DNA from: Geosiphon pyriformis uo1
Taxonomy: Eukaryota > Fungi > Glomeromycota
Reading direction: 5' to 3'
DNA: 64,000 bases
Assembly (NCBI GenBank): GCA_016748015.1
Contig: JAAOMT010000372.1
Coordinates: forward strand, 124,001 to 188,000
Of the stretch, positions 11,801 through 26,168 are shown piece by piece. A model generated the notes under the pieces. It was not told the origin of the DNA and searched no databases. It saw only the letters and a list, made by a program, of their open reading frames with translations. Position 1 is the first letter of the stretch. Each line of letters opens with the position of its first letter. Position numbers and translations under genes: made by a program.

Positions 11801-14081
11801 TAATTGTCTTTGAAAAAATAAAACAGTTTTAAGAAAAACTTAAGAAAAAAAAAACCTATAAAACACTTTTTTTAAGTGTTAACAACTTAATTTTGAAATA
11901 TTGCTTAAACAGAAACAATGTTTATAATGATAAATTCTTTAGCCAATGAAAAAAACTTTTTATAGTTAACAAAGTTTTAAACAATAGTTCTTATATTCTA
12001 CAAGATCAATATAAAACAATCTTCAATGATTACTCTGTTTATGGTACATGACTCAAAAAATATTACAAATGACCTGATTGGTTATTTGTCATAATAATAT
12101 TATGGTTGAAACCCATACTTTTTATTAGTTATTACATGTATTAGTTACTGATATCATATAATTAGCCACTCTATTTTTAGATAGTAATTATTGACTTAAT
12201 TATTGACCACTTTTAATAACTATATAAGCAATGAATCTCTTAACTATAGAAATACATATTAGAAATCAAAGAAATAAAATAAATAAAATAACAACTTTCA
12301 TCTCAATTCTTTTCTTATTGCTAATTTTCTTTTCTTTACCTTTAAGTATTTAAACATTTTAAAATAAAAGATTACTTGTTGATTATTCCTTATTTTTTTC
12401 TGAAACATGTAATTATAGCATTTGAAGATTATTGAATAAAACATGATTAAAGAGTACATTTAATATCTGATATTGAATTCTAAAAGCACTAAAGTGAGAC
12501 ATAGAATTATACCAGTGTGTAATCATTTGTTGACAATATAGATTATCCCTCTACCTTCAGATTCCCTGGTTATCTTTTAAAAAGTATAGTGACTGAGATA
12601 TTTTATAAGACTAATCTCACATATTAAATCCATACTTATTTAATTCATTCTTTGAAGTTAAATTCTCTTTGATTCTTTTTATCATCTTACAATTTTGTTT
12701 TTTCTTACTATCTATTAGCTTGTTACTTCAACCCATAACAGTAATACTAATCTAAATAATTAGCAAAAATCAGATATAAATAAATATATCATTTTCAAAA
12801 CAGAGATATTTTTAATTGACATAAACAATTATTTTTTAGATCAAAACATTCAAAATATTTTCTATATTTTTCATAAGTATTAGATCAAAAATTATCTAAA
12901 TGCTACTTTGACCATTAAAAAACAGACCACTATAATAAATAATAGTAAAATACATATTGTTATTAGACCAAAAAAAACCACTATCAAAAAAGAAAAAATT
13001 GGTAGCAAAATAAATAAATATTTGCTAAAAAGTATAATACTAATAATATTTATATTTTTTATCACAATTAAAAAAACAATTAATGAAATTTTGCTTATAG
13101 ACAAAAACTTGTTATATAGAAAACAACTAGAACTCTATGATTATCTTGGTGAAATTATAAAAAATATAAAGTTTATAAAAAAACAACTTCAAAAATACAA
13201 GTAAAAATTCTGAGTATTATATAGTTAAATGTCTTATAAAAATTTGGTCTTTTGAATACAAAACTTATTTTATCTCAAATATTATATATATTATCTACAA
13301 AAAATTTCACCAAATTAATTAGTTTTGAGTTAAACAAAACTTTTCAAATAGATTATTTTATAAATAACTTAATTTTGCCGAAGCTTAATTTTTTTGAAGA
13401 GAATAATATTATGATTGAAACTCATATTTTTTATTAATTATTACATATATTAGTCATTGATATCATATAATTAGCCATCCTATTTTTAGATAATAATTAT
13501 TGATCTGATCAATAATTTGATTGTTGACTATTTTTTATAGCTATATAAGTAATGAGTTTTTTAGATATAAAAATATCAATATAACAAATAATCAAAGTAA
13601 CAAAATAAAATTCACTATTAATTATTTTTTGTTATATTATTTCTTTCTTTTTTCTTATTTTTAAGTATCTAAACATCTTGGAATAAAAGAATACTTGTTG
13701 ACATTTACATATCTTATTTTTTTTTCTTTTTAATTTATATTGTTAAAATTAGCCTAAGAAGTAATTGCTTGCTTTTGTAATTTATTAAATAAAAAAATGA
13801 TTAAAAAACATAATAATAGTTGTTATTAATTTTAAGAATTGTTAAGGTAAAACATAAAATAATAGCAGCAGTATTATCTTATTGACAATTACAGACTATT
13901 TTTTTATCTTTAAATTTCCAAAAAAAAGTTATAACTGTAATTTTTATAAGATTAATTACATACATTGAATTCTTACTTATTCAATTTACTTTTTTATTGT
14001 AATTCTTTCTTTGATTATTTTTATTATTTACAATTTTGTTCTCTTTTGTTATTTGTTAACTTGTTATTTTAATTTGTAATA
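8806..14081 (+). mobile_element. Gypsy family B copy B1, 5' part missing, most heavily mutated; 3' LTR 13407-14081
   Basis: Collinear with B5 from the protease end (WLKKAK) through RT, RNase H, integrase, extra ORF and LTR. Confidence 0.9.
12098..12740 (+). repeat. Family B solo LTR inserted in the integrase tail of B1
   Basis: Full LTR (tattatggttgaaaccc...cccataaca), flanks ATAA/GTAA; host integrase sequence resumes after it. Confidence 0.9.
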
Positions 14082-14412
14082 ATACTATTAACCAAAAATA
14101 TTTTTATAAAATATTATTTGTTTTTATAGTTAAAAAACTTTTTAAATAATTGTATTATTATAAGCTATAAAAAAAATAATAGTTGTTTTTTTTTATAATT
14201 ATAAAAATACAAAAAAAAGTTTTTTAATATTTTAAATTATTATTTTATATTGTTTATTTTTAATAATTGTAAATATTATTATACAATATAAAAAAACCAA
14301 TATTATTTTATTATTTTAATTATTATTTTAAATAAAACTATTGTTTATTGTTATTACCAAATTAGAATTAGTATATTAATTATTTTATATACAGTTAACT
14401 CTTTTTAAATAT

Positions 14413-17400
14413 TGTTACAGGTTGGAGTAACAAGCTAATGAATAGCAAGAGAGAACAGTATTGTATGGTGATGGAAAATAAACAAAGAAGAAATTACAAT
14501 AAGGGAGCAAATTAAATAAGTAGGAATTCAATATGCATGATCAGTCTCATAAAAATCACAGTCGCTAATCTTTTCTTAAATCTGAAGGTAGAGGAATAGT
14601 CTATGATTGTCAACAAGATAACACTGCTGCTATTATTCTATGCCTCAACTTGGCGATTCTTAGAATCAATAACAGGTATCATTGTACTTTTCAATCGTTT
14701 CTTTATTCAATGAATTACAAGAGCAAGCCAATTGCTTCTCAGGCTAATTCTAACAAATACAAATCAAAAAGGGAAAAAGATAAGATATGTGAATGCCAAA
14801 AAGTAGATACTTGAAGGTAAGGAAAGGGGAATAAGCAATTATAAGAGGAAGTAATTGATATTGTTTATTTTGTTACTTTGATCATGTCTTTCTACAGCTA
14901 AGGGAATCATTGCTTATATAGCTATCTAAAGTGGTCAACAACCAGTTCAATGATCAGGTCAATAATCAGATTAATGATTAGGTCAATGATTAGGTCATTG
15001 ATCAGATCAATGATCAGGTCAATGATCAGGTCAATGGTCAGATCATTAATTAGGTCAACAATCACTATCTAAAAATAGGGTGGCTAATTATATGACATTA
15101 TTGGCTAATACATGTGATAATTAATAAAAACTATGTGTTTTAACCGTAACATCATCCTCTCCAAAGAGATTGAGCTCCAGCGAAATCAAACTATTTATGG
15201 AATAGTCTATGTGAAGGATTTTGTCTAACTCAAAACTAACTAGTTTGTTGAAGTCTTTTGTGAATAGAGTATATAGTACTGAGATGAAATAAGCTTTGTA
15301 TCCAAGAGACCAAATCTTTGTATTAGAGTTTTGGCTCTTCTAGCAATGATCAAAACTCTTGGGACATTCAATCGTATAATGCCCAAAATTTCCACTTGTA
15401 TCTCTAAAGTTGTTTTCTTCATGAGCTTCATGTCTTCTATGATTTCACCAAGATAACCATAGAGTTTTAGTTGTCTTCCATATGACAAGTTTTTGTCTAT
15501 GAGCAAGATTTCTTGTATTGTTTTTCCAATTGTGCTGGAAGGTGAAAGTATCACTGCTGTTATGTTTTCCAGCAGGTATTTATCTATTTTGCCACCAATT
15601 CTTTCTCTTCTGGTAGTTGTTTTCTTTGGTCTAATAACAGTGTGAGTTCCACTGTTGTCTGTTATAGTGGTTTGTTTTCCAATAGTCAGAGTAGCATTTG
15701 GATAGTTCTTGATCCAGTACTCATGGAGAGTATAGAAAGCATTTTGAATGTTTTGATCCAAGAAATAATTGTTCATGTCAATTGAAGATACCTCTGTTTT
15801 GGGAATGGTGCATTTATTTATATCTAATTTTTGCTAATCATTTGGGTCAGTATTACCACAACAGGTAACCAATCAAGTCGTTTGTGATATTTCTTGAGTC
15901 GCATGCNNNNNNNNNNNNNNNNNNNNAGTTGTTTTCTTTGGTCTAATAACAGTGTGAGTTCCACTGTTGTCTGTTATAGTGGTTTGTTTTCCAATAGTCA
16001 GAGTAGCATTTGGATAGTTCTTGATCCAGTACTCATGGAGAGTATAGAAAGCATTTTGAATGTTTTGATCCAAGAAATAATTGTTCATGTCAATTGAAGA
16101 TACCTCTGTTTTGGGAATGGTGCATTTATTTATATCTAATTTTTGCTAATCATTTGGGTCAGTATTACCACAACAGGTAACCAATCAAGTCGTTTGTGAT
16201 ATTTCTTGAGTCGCATGCCATGAACAGGGCGATCACTGAATATTGTTCCATATTGATCTTGTAAAATATAAAAACCATTGTTCAAAACTTTGTTGACTAT
16301 AAAGGGTTCTTTCCATTGGCTAGAGAATTTATCACCATAGACATTGTTTCTGTCTGAACGGTATTCCAAAACTAAGTCACCAACACTTAAGGAAAGTGTT
16401 TTATAAGTCTTTTTCTTTTTGAGCTTCTCTTGAAACTGTTTTATCTTTTCAAAGGCAATTATTCGTGCTTCTACTAATGAGTCAAGAATGGTACCAAGTC
16501 TTTTTTGCAAAATGTTCTTGTAATCTCCTATTGTTATTTCTTCAAAAGGTATTGTTTCTATTGGTAGAGTTGCCATTTGTCTATAGAGCAGATAAAAGGG
16601 TTCATAACTTGTTATGTCATGATTCACAGTTCTGTAAGCAAACAAGGCTGAAGGCAATACTTTGTCCCATAGGTTGGTTTCTTCACTGGTTTTGGCTAGG
16701 GTTTCACATAGTGTTCTATTGAAACATTCCACTAGGTCATTTGTTTGGGGGTGATAAGAGGAAGAGAGTTTATAACGTATTCCCATTTTTCTGCAAAGTT
16801 CTTCAACCAGTGTACTGAGAAAAGCTCTTCCTCTATCAGATAAAAGTTCTTTGGGGCAGCCGAATTGAGACTGCTGTTTGATCTGGGGTGGCTCTTGCTT
16901 CTACCCATTTTGTAAGATAGTTGGTAGCTGTGATAATGTATCTGTTGCCATCAGGAGTTACTGTTAAAAGTCCAACAACATCTATACCAATTCTATCAAA
17001 TGATTGACCAACAGAGATTGGATGGATATCTTCCTTGCAATTGGGTTTTCCTCTTCTTTGGCAGGTATCACAGGTTTTGATGTATTTAGCAATGTCTTTT
17101 TCCAAGGTAGGCCAATAATAGTGAGCTAAAGTTTTCTGAATTGTTTTTGTTTTTCCAAAGTGTCCAGCTAATGGATCAGTGTGCATATTGTAGATCACAA
17201 TTTCTCTTTCTTCAAATCTAATGACTCTCTGGAGACAGTCAGGATCTTTTCTATTTCTTTTATATAACTGGTTCTGGCGAATCAAATAGAAATTTGATTG
17301 TTTGCACAAATGTTCTCTTTGCTGTCGAGTATAGTCTGGCAGGTATTGTCCTTTACCCAAAAATTTCATTAAAGCAGAGTAGTTGTCCAAGTCCATTATC

Positions 17401-20400
17401 GTGTTTGTTTGTGGGGGAGTTACAAATAATTAAGTTGGTTTGGTTTGAGAGGGTTTTACTATCACTGGATGGTAAGTCTGGAGAGAATGTCGGCGTTTTG
17501 ATAATTAGCTCCTTTGTGGTGTTGAATGTCATAGTCAAATTTGTCCAAGTGGAGTATCCAGCGAGTTATCCGTTTATGTTCCAGGTTTCTTTTGTTGCGT
17601 AGTCAAACCAAAGCTTGGTGATCTGTTACCACCAAAAATTTCACACTCTTAAGATATTTGTCCCAGTAGCTGGTAACCCAAACTACTGCTAAGCATTCCT
17701 GCTCAGTAACTGAGTAGTTCCTTTCTGCTGGTGTGAGAGTTCTACTGGCATATGCTACGGTGTGTTCTCTGTTATCTTCATCGTTTTGGGAAAGAACAGT
17801 ACCAAGTCCATAGCCAGATGTATTAGTGTGGAGAATAAAAGGTTGATCCAAATTAGGTTACATAAGAATGGGTTCTGTAACCAGTTTTTCCTTTAGAATT
17901 TCAAATGCTTTTTGTTGATGAGTGCCCCAGTAATAATTGATGTTTTTCCTAAGTAGCTGATTGAGAGGAGCAGTGATTTTGGAGAAATCCTTGACAAACT
18001 TGCGATAATAAGAGGCCAAACCAAGAAAAGAGCGTAGTTCATGAACATTTATTGGTTGTCTAATGTTTTGAACTTTTTCAATTTTGGCTGGATTAGGGAA
18101 GATTCCATCTTTTGTAATAAGATGGCCAAGGAACTGAGTAGATTGACGTTCAAAGAATGATTTGATTGGATTGATCTTGAGACCAGCATTTCTAAGGAGG
18201 TCAAAAACCTTTTGCAAATGTTTAAGATGTTCATCCCAGGTTTTTGAGTATACCATTATGTCGTCCAAGTAGACTAGAACAAAGTTTTCTTTTACTGATT
18301 CAAATACTTTGTCTATTAAGCATTGAAATGTGGGAGGAGCATTTGTGAGACCAAAAGACATGACTGTAAATTTGTAGGTACCATACTTGGTAATAAAGGC
18401 AGTTTTCTTTCTGCTTTCTGGATCCATCTCTACTTGCCAAAATCCAGCAGTTAAGTCAATGGTTGAAAAGAAAGCAGCACCATGAAATTGGTCTAGTATT
18501 GCATCAATCTTAAAAAGTGGGTACATGTTTCTTTTAGTAATGGCATTTAATTGGCAATAGTCAACACAAAAGTGTAGAGTTCCTCTTTTCTTAGATACCA
18601 CTACAACTGGGAATGCCCATTCACTCTTGGTTTCCTGTATGAATCCAAGGGTTTTCATTTGGGTTATTTCCTTTTTTATAAACTCATCATTGTGCCTGTT
18701 GGATTGATAGGGCTTCAAATGGATGGGGCGAGTTTCTCTGGTGATGATAGTGTGTTGTATCACATGTGTACGTTCAGGAGGTTCACCTTCTTTTGAGATA
18801 ACTGGGCTGTTTCTAGCCAGCAGGTTTTCAATGTCTACTTTTCTTTCTTCTGGAGAGGGTTCTCTTTGTTCTACAACCAGTGATTGGATTTTAGGTGGTT
18901 CGTTTTCAAAGAACTTTTGGACTTCTTTTATTTCCTCTTGGGGTATCAAGCTAATTGGTTCTCAATCTTTGTAATAGATCAGACAGGACATGCATTCATC
19001 ACTAGGAGAGTACAATGGTTTGTCGCACCAGCACCAGGCACAAGAACCATGCCACCAATAACTGTATTTGGCTTTCTTGCCTGGCTTTCTGTCAAAGGTT
19101 CTTCTGAGCATGTCATAATAAGGCCAGCAGATCAGCTTGCCATTGACAATGATTTCTTCTTTATCTGCCTTGACATTATCCAGTGGTTTGCTATTGCTAG
19201 TGAAGATAGTATAGACAAGTTCAGCAGATTCTTCTTGTTCTTCTTGTTCTTCTTCTTCCTCACTTTTTTCATCATCTGATTCATCTGATTTATTTTCTTC
19301 TGGGCTCTGCTTGGGTACTGGAGGAGTTGTCCAATGGCGATACTTAACCACAATGGGTTTCTCACCACATCTGATGGTTAGTTCACAGAGTTCATAATCA
19401 AGCAAAGCCTTTGCTTTTTTGAGCCATTCATTGCCAACAATGATGGTGTATTCTTTTGCTTTAGACACTTCCATGTCAGTTTCAATGCTAATGCTATTAA
19501 TGTGGACAGGAATAGCTTTGGCTATGCCAAGCCCTTTTTTTCTTATCACCATGCACATTGGTCATTGGTCGTGTGGATGGTTCATTAATTTTTCTGTCAA
19601 TTGCTTCAAGAAAGTGTTTGGCAATAACACTAACAGATGATCTACTGCCTAGGATCAAATCGATAAAGTAGCCAGCCACTTGGGCTTTACAAATTAGAGG
19701 AGTGACATTGCTATTGTCAGCTAGTCTAGCTTGGCAAGGGCATTTGTTGGTTTTGGGTGTTTTTTTCTTTGGAATCAGGGATTTGCGAAGATCTTTTCTG
19801 AATTGTGGATGGGTTATCAATTGGCCAAAGGTTATATGTGCTGAGGTTTCTATAAGGTCTTTGACAACAGAATAGGGACTGGATTTTTGTACTATTTCTG
19901 GGAGTTCCAACTTTAGAGAGTTCTTGAAAACTTTGGCTTTTGGGGGCTCATTGTTGTTAGCAGTTGATATAGAAGCTTTATTGGAGTCTAGAACAAAATC
20001 AACTTTGGCTTTCTTCTTCTTTCTTGTGGATTCAGAGGGGTTGATTGCTAATTCATCCATGTCATGGTCATCATCAGTTAAGTTAAAAGTGTAAAAGGGG
20101 TTTTCTTCTGGTTGGCTTGCACTCTCACCCTTTGAAGATGCGCCTACCAGTTTAAAGGCTGATAAACCGTGGCTTTAACTAGGGGATCCTCTCCAAAGAA
20201 ATTGATGTTGGCATGATTGGGTCTTTGGTTGGGCACATTGTTGTTGTTGATCCTGTTGTTCTGAGCATCATTGTTTCTGGGGACTGGTGGAGGCAGTGGA
20301 GAATTGTTGCAATCTCTTGAAAAGTGTCCAGTTAATCCACAGCGATAGCATACAGGTGGGCCACGATTTTGTTGTCTTTGATAAGGTGGTTGCTGGGGCT

Positions 20401-22488
20401 GATTGAAGCGTGGTTCAAATCTGGGTCTTTGTGGTTGCTGATTTTCTCTGACTGCTTGGGCTAAGAGTTCTAATAACCGAGCAAGATTTGCTGTGAGTCT
20501 GTCTATTAACTGTTCATTTGGATCTTGAGTATGAGTGGCAAAAGAAGTAGCAGCCATTTGAGGGGCAGGAGCCATGACAGAAACAGGAGCAAAAACTGGT
20601 AGTGTGGATCCCAAATGTATTCTTTGGTTATCTTCAATTCTTTGTGCTAATTCAATGGCCATATCCATGGTGAGATTATCTTTCAGGGCCAGGAGAGGCC
20701 AAAGAGCATACGATAGATCAGTTCTCAATCCTTTTGTGAAGGAGTGAATTTTCTGCTCTTCTGTCCAATTTCTTCCAGTGTCTACTCGTTTGATTAACTT
20801 TCTGATTGCTTTGGCGTATTCGGTTACAACTTCACCGGGACTTTGGGTTCTTCTTTTCAATTCCATACACCATTTTGATATTAATATTGGGGTTCTGAAC
20901 TTGTTTTCAAACCAGGTAGTAAAAGAAGTGTTAATTTCTCCCACATTTGCTAGTGTCCATCTAACAATTCTTTGCTGGGTATTGGCATCTGTTTTTTGTG
21001 AGAACCAGGTAGCAGGGGATCCTTGAAGATAGCCACTAACAATTTGGAACTTGTACTCATCGTCATATTGATTGGCTGTAGCAGCTCTTTCAAAGTCATC
21101 CAATCATTCAATTGGATCTTGTGCATTACCTCTAAATAATAGTATTGGGGTGTTGTTTCTTCGCCCTAAAGCAGTTTGTATATCTTGGAGGGTGGCCAGA
21201 ATGTTTGCTTGCATGGGGTCATTAGCCATTGGTTCAGGGGTAATTGTTTGTGTAGACAAGTCTGATTCACTTGATAAAAGATCAAAAACAGGGGCAGTTT
21301 GGTAGCTTTCTTCTTTTGTTTCAAAGGGAGTTTCAGTTGCTTGATGGGCAGCAATCCAAATGTGGATTTGATGATTCAAATATTTGAAATCAGGGGGCTG
21401 TTGTTCAAAGGTTGCAGAATATAAGAGCTGATTGATACTGTTGTTTTTTTCTTCAAAGTCATTTTCAAAATAAGCTTGGTCAAAGTAATAGGTTGTATAA
21501 GCTGTGTAGGTTTCAGTTAAATGCTTGTTTAGGAACCAGTTCCAAAAGTCTTGGAATTGTCTACTTGATTGTTCTTCAAGGGAAAGCAGATCAAGCAGGA
21601 GGGCAGAGGATTAAGTTCAATGAAACTTTGGTCATTTCTGTTGTGTGCTACAAAGTGTTCTTCTGATTGCTGTGGCAGATATGAGTAATCACCCATACAA
21701 TAAGGGAATAAGTAAATTTTGACAACCTCACAGAGAGCACCACTTTTATGTTACGGGTTGGAGTAACAAGCTAACAGATAGCAAGGGAGAACAGTATTGT
21801 ATGGTGATGGAAAATAAACAAAGAAAGAATTACAATAAGGGAGCAAATTGAATAAGTAAGAATTCAATGTGCATGATTAGTCTTATAAAAATCACAGTCG
21901 CTAATCTTTTCTTAAATCTAAAGGTAGAGGAATAGTCCATAATTGTCAACAAGATAACACTGCTGCTATTATTCTATGCCTCAACTCGGCGATTCTTAGA
22001 ATCAATAACAGGTATCATTGTACTTTTCAATCATTTCTTTATTCAATGAATTACAAGAGCAAGCCAATTGCTTCTCAGGCTAATTCTAACAAATACAAAT
22101 CAAGAAGAGGAAAAGATAAGGTATGTGAATACCAACAAGTAGATATTTGAAGATAAGAAAAGAAGAATAAGCAATTATGAGAGGAAAGTAATTGATATTA
22201 TTTATTTCGTTACTTTGATCATGTCTTTTTACAGCTAAGGGAATCATCGCTTATATAGCTATCTAAAGTGGTTAACAACCAGGTCAACGATCAGGTCAAT
22301 AATCAGGTCAACGATCAGATTAATGATCAGGTCATTAATTAGGTCAATGATCAGGTTAATGATCAGGTCAATGGTCAGGTCATTGATCAGGTCAATGATC
22401 ACTATCTAAAAATAGGGTGGCTAATTATATAACATCAGTGGCTAATACATGTGATAATTAATAAAAACTATGTGTTTTAACTGTAACA
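14413..22488 (-). mobile_element. Gypsy family B copy B2, full length (5' LTR 21749-22488, 3' LTR 14413-15151)
   Basis: Paired LTRs, 4-bp TSD ATAT, PBS at 21726-21742, gag with CCHC (CYRCGLTGHFSRDC), RT YLDD, RNase H, integrase, extra ORF. Confidence 0.97.
15907..15926. other. Assembly gap (20 N) with duplicated flanks
   Basis: ~15615-15906 is repeated at 15927-16218. Confidence 0.9.
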
Positions 22489-22915
22489 ATATATACTTTT
22501 TAAATATACATACTTTCTAAGTATATAGTTATTAATAAGACTTATAAATAAGTATATATAATGTTTTTTCATAAGTACAATAAAAAAATCTTTTTTTTTG
22601 TCAAGTCAAATACATATTTGAATTAAAATATTATTAAAATTGCATAGAAATAAGACTTCAAAATGCTTCATTAAAACAAGTCAGCATTTTAAGCTTAATA
22701 AAATTTACAAAAAATTTCAATTAATTGTTATTATAAAGTCACATGCAATAATAATATTGGCTATTTTCTAATGCACTTCTTTAAACATCGTGGTCTTAAA
22801 GATCTTTTGGGTTAATCACAGGGTCTAGAGAAACGTGATTGGCTTCAAAAATATTTAAAATCCCAGACGATATCTTTTCCATTGTAATAATTTCGAGCTA
22901 TTTAATCGAAACATA

Positions 22916-25900
22916 ATGCCGAAAGCGAAGAAAGCTACCAAAAAATTTCAAAAGCAACACTTGAAAGATGTGCTTGAGCGCAGAAAAAAAACACAAAAAA
23001 TTAAAATAGGGATTACCAACAGGAAAAAGCAAAAAAGTTATCGACGTGAAAATGAAAATTTCACTGAAAGTAAAGGTTAATTTCATTTTTTGTATTAAAT
23101 TCAACCTTAAACTTACTGTCCCAAGCTGATATAAACAGTGTGATTAAAACTACCACAGGTAAAGATAGGATTCAAGAAAACAAACCGATAAGAAACCTGC
23201 AAGAAAACCAGGCTGGCGATTTTGTCAAAAAGTACATACATTATTTTTCTTATAACTTTGTAAGTGTGCGGGAAACACTCTGTGAAAAATCTCGTTTTTT
23301 TTAGCTTAGATGAAATGGATCTCGACGATTTTTTTGGCAGCGAAGGTGAAGGATTAACTGAGAATGAGTACCCATCCGATTATTCAGAGCCAAGCAAAAA
23401 TGAATCGGACGAACTTGGAAATGATGATGAAAATTGTGATAATTCTGAAAAGGCAGAGCTAAACAAAAATATTACAAAGATGAGAAAACAATCTGTCATC
23501 GGAAAAAGTGGGTCACAACACAAAGAACAGCTGCAGGCTTTGAAAGAAAAAGATCCAAAGTTTTACAAGTATCTTCAAGAAAATGATGCAGAGTTACTTG
23601 ACTTTGATGTTTCCGACGATGGTCTTGATGATGATGATGATTATGGAAGTCAGGATGAGGTGTTTACAAAGATATTTTTCAAAAGGATATATTCTAATAG
23701 TCCTAGCTCATTGTTTAATGATAATACATTATTATCATTACAAGTATGACGACCTAGAGAATGAAACTTTAGGCTCACTGGAGCAGGGTTCTGTAGAAGC
23801 TCATAAAAAAGAGACCAGTCAACTGCTCCTTACAAAAGAAATGGTTTCAACATGGCAAAAGTCAATTATTGAGGTATTTTCCTATGTTTCAGATGAAAGT
23901 ATTCCGAGGTTCTCAACCTATGGCTAGCTTACACAATTCTTTCATTTATTATGTAGAAACACTCCTTACGCTCATTGCGACGGCTCCTTTTGGCCTTTCG
24001 CGCAGGCGCTCATATTGACGAGGATGAGGACGGCGTGCCATATGCATATAAAATTACCAGTCCTGCCGGTAATATTTTTTACGATATCTTTATCTTTCGA
24101 AAATCAACACTGACTTCTTTTTATTTTTTGTATTTGTGCAGTTTTTAATAATTTAATAGTAGTCTGTCTTAAATATGTAACCGACGTCTTTGACCATTAT
24201 TTGAATTACGCTGAAGAAGATAGTAAAAAGTAAGTTCTTTTATACTTCCCTTGTAATGAATAATTTGTATTAACATACACATTTACCCTTGACAGAAAGC
24301 TCCCGAGTGCAAACACGAAATGGAAATCTATAGAACCACTTGTTAAATCATATTTGATTAGCCTCTTGCATATGCTTAGGAATCTTTCGGAAGACGATAT
24401 GATATACTTCGTGGTAAAAGAATCGGAAAAATCTGTGCCATATTACTTGTGCTTCCCTAGATTGTCTAGAGATTACTTGAAGGTCTGTTCAGTCGTCTAC
24501 ATTCTATTCAGCATGGAGTTTTACAAAATTAAATATATCTGACTTGATTTAACAAAGGCTCTTTTAGGATTATGGGCATCTGCACAAGATAAAGTTAGAA
24601 TAATATCATTTCTTAATATTCGAAAACTAGGGAGTACCGGATCATCACACTTCATTGATACTTGTTTGAAGGTTGGGCAAAATGTAACCACCAAATCTTG
24701 CTTTTCTGAGTGTAGCCTGTTTAATTCTCTTCTGATCCTGCCACAGGGAATATACACTACTTTCGTACGGTACTGCAAATCTACAACAGTATACACAATA
24801 CCATCGATTAATCTGATGTCTAATTGTGGTGTCGAGATTTATGGGTTGAATTTCAAGGCTTCTTATCAATCTGGATTTGTTTATATACGACAGCTTGCTA
24901 TACATCTCAGAAATTCCATGTTAGTCAAGAGTAAAGTTAGTTTTGGCCTTGTATATTAAATCTATTAAGTCTACTTTGTTTTTAGAACCATTATCAATTG
25001 ATAATTTCTGAATTTCATTAGGAGTCATACCAAGCGGTTTATAATTGGCAATTCATTCACTGTCTGGAGTTTTGGTCGCAGGTGCTAGCGACATATTGCG
25101 ACCAAAAGTATTTGGCTGAGAATGGAGAATGTCAATTGCAAGCTTTGATATATCCTTTAGTTCAAGTATGTCTTGGTGTAATCAGGTAAATCCTTATTAT
25201 TTTTCTTACTGATTTTCAATTATGCCATATCAAAGAATCTCATTTTCAAGTTCAATATAATATTTAGACTTATTCCCACTGCACAACATTTTCCATTGCA
25301 TTTTCATTGCCTCCGTGCTATGATTCGTATAATACAAAAGACGGGTACTTTCATACCACTTGCTCCACATATCTTTGATATTTTAGACTCTGCCGAAATT
25401 CATCGCAAACCAAAACCTTCAACATTAAAGAGCCTTGATTTTACATTAAATTTGAAAGCACCCAAAAATTATCTTGGTACACGAATTTACCAGGTGTATA
25501 TCTTGATTTTTCTCCGTAACATCATATTTTTCTAGGCTTTATTCATGATTATAATTCACTCAATCTCTAGGACGGAATATGTGAAGAATTGGTAGACATA
25601 ATGTTGGAATATTATGGTAGCTTCTGTTTATCAATTGCTTTCCCCGAATTGGCTATCCCCGCAATAGTGCAGGTTTGTAAAATATTAAATGAATTTCCAA
25701 CCATAATTGATGTTCTCAATAAAAAATCAATATATATCATCTTTCAGCTCAAAAGGCACATTAAAAAATCTAAAAATTCAAAGTTCAACAAACAGCTTCA
25801 TCATCTGGTAGAAAAGGTGATTAACACTCAATGTCTTTTAAATATACAATCAATTTTACTCTTATTCTTTATTCTTAAACCAACCCCGAAGTTTGAGCAA

Positions 25901-26168
25901 AACTCAAAATACATTGAACAACACCGTGCACAAATCGAATTTGCACCGAATGACCGTGCCAAAGTGGTATAAAGTCGCATATGTTTTGATATTTGCTTCA
26001 TTAATCGATGCAAATTCATATCAAGTTAAATTGTTTCTCGCATTTCATTAGGAAACCTTTATGCAAAATACAGATCCGGATAATACACCGCTTGGCTCAT
26101 ATGTAAGCGCTGTGCGGACCCTGAAAATTCAACGATTGAGAATTTTGAAGCCCGAGAACCATAACTAG
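22916..26168 (+). CDS. NOC2: Nucleolar complex protein 2 (60S biogenesis); about 15 exons and 14 short GT-AG introns
   Basis: N-terminus [25 protein letters not shown]; [29 protein letters not shown]; [19 protein letters not shown]; [17 protein letters not shown]; [10 protein letters not shown]; C-terminus TPLGSYV...PENHN*. Confidence 0.95.

Noticed and set aside
15615-16218. Apparent tandem duplication of the extra-ORF start in B2
   Set aside because: Identical copies either side of a 20-N gap indicate an unmerged contig overlap.
17353-17538. Short +1-frame ORF bridging RNase H and integrase (also 39674-39865, 45325-45516)
   Set aside because: Fusion would need two successive +1 shifts; the A/C-rich spacer is stop-poor by composition, so an open frame is unsurprising.
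18723-21305. Recurrent antisense ORFs over gag/pol (e.g. 18884-19279, 20778-21026 and equivalents in other copies)
   Set aside because: Shadows of the sense-strand codon bias, repeated only because the copies are homologous.
22709-22719. RRPE-like motif (TGAAATTTTT, minus) upstream of NOC2
   Set aside because: Plausible for a ribosome-biogenesis gene but expected by chance in such AT-rich DNA.
24521-26019. Minus-strand ORFs overlapping NOC2
   Set aside because: Explained by the spliced plus-strand gene; no independent evidence.
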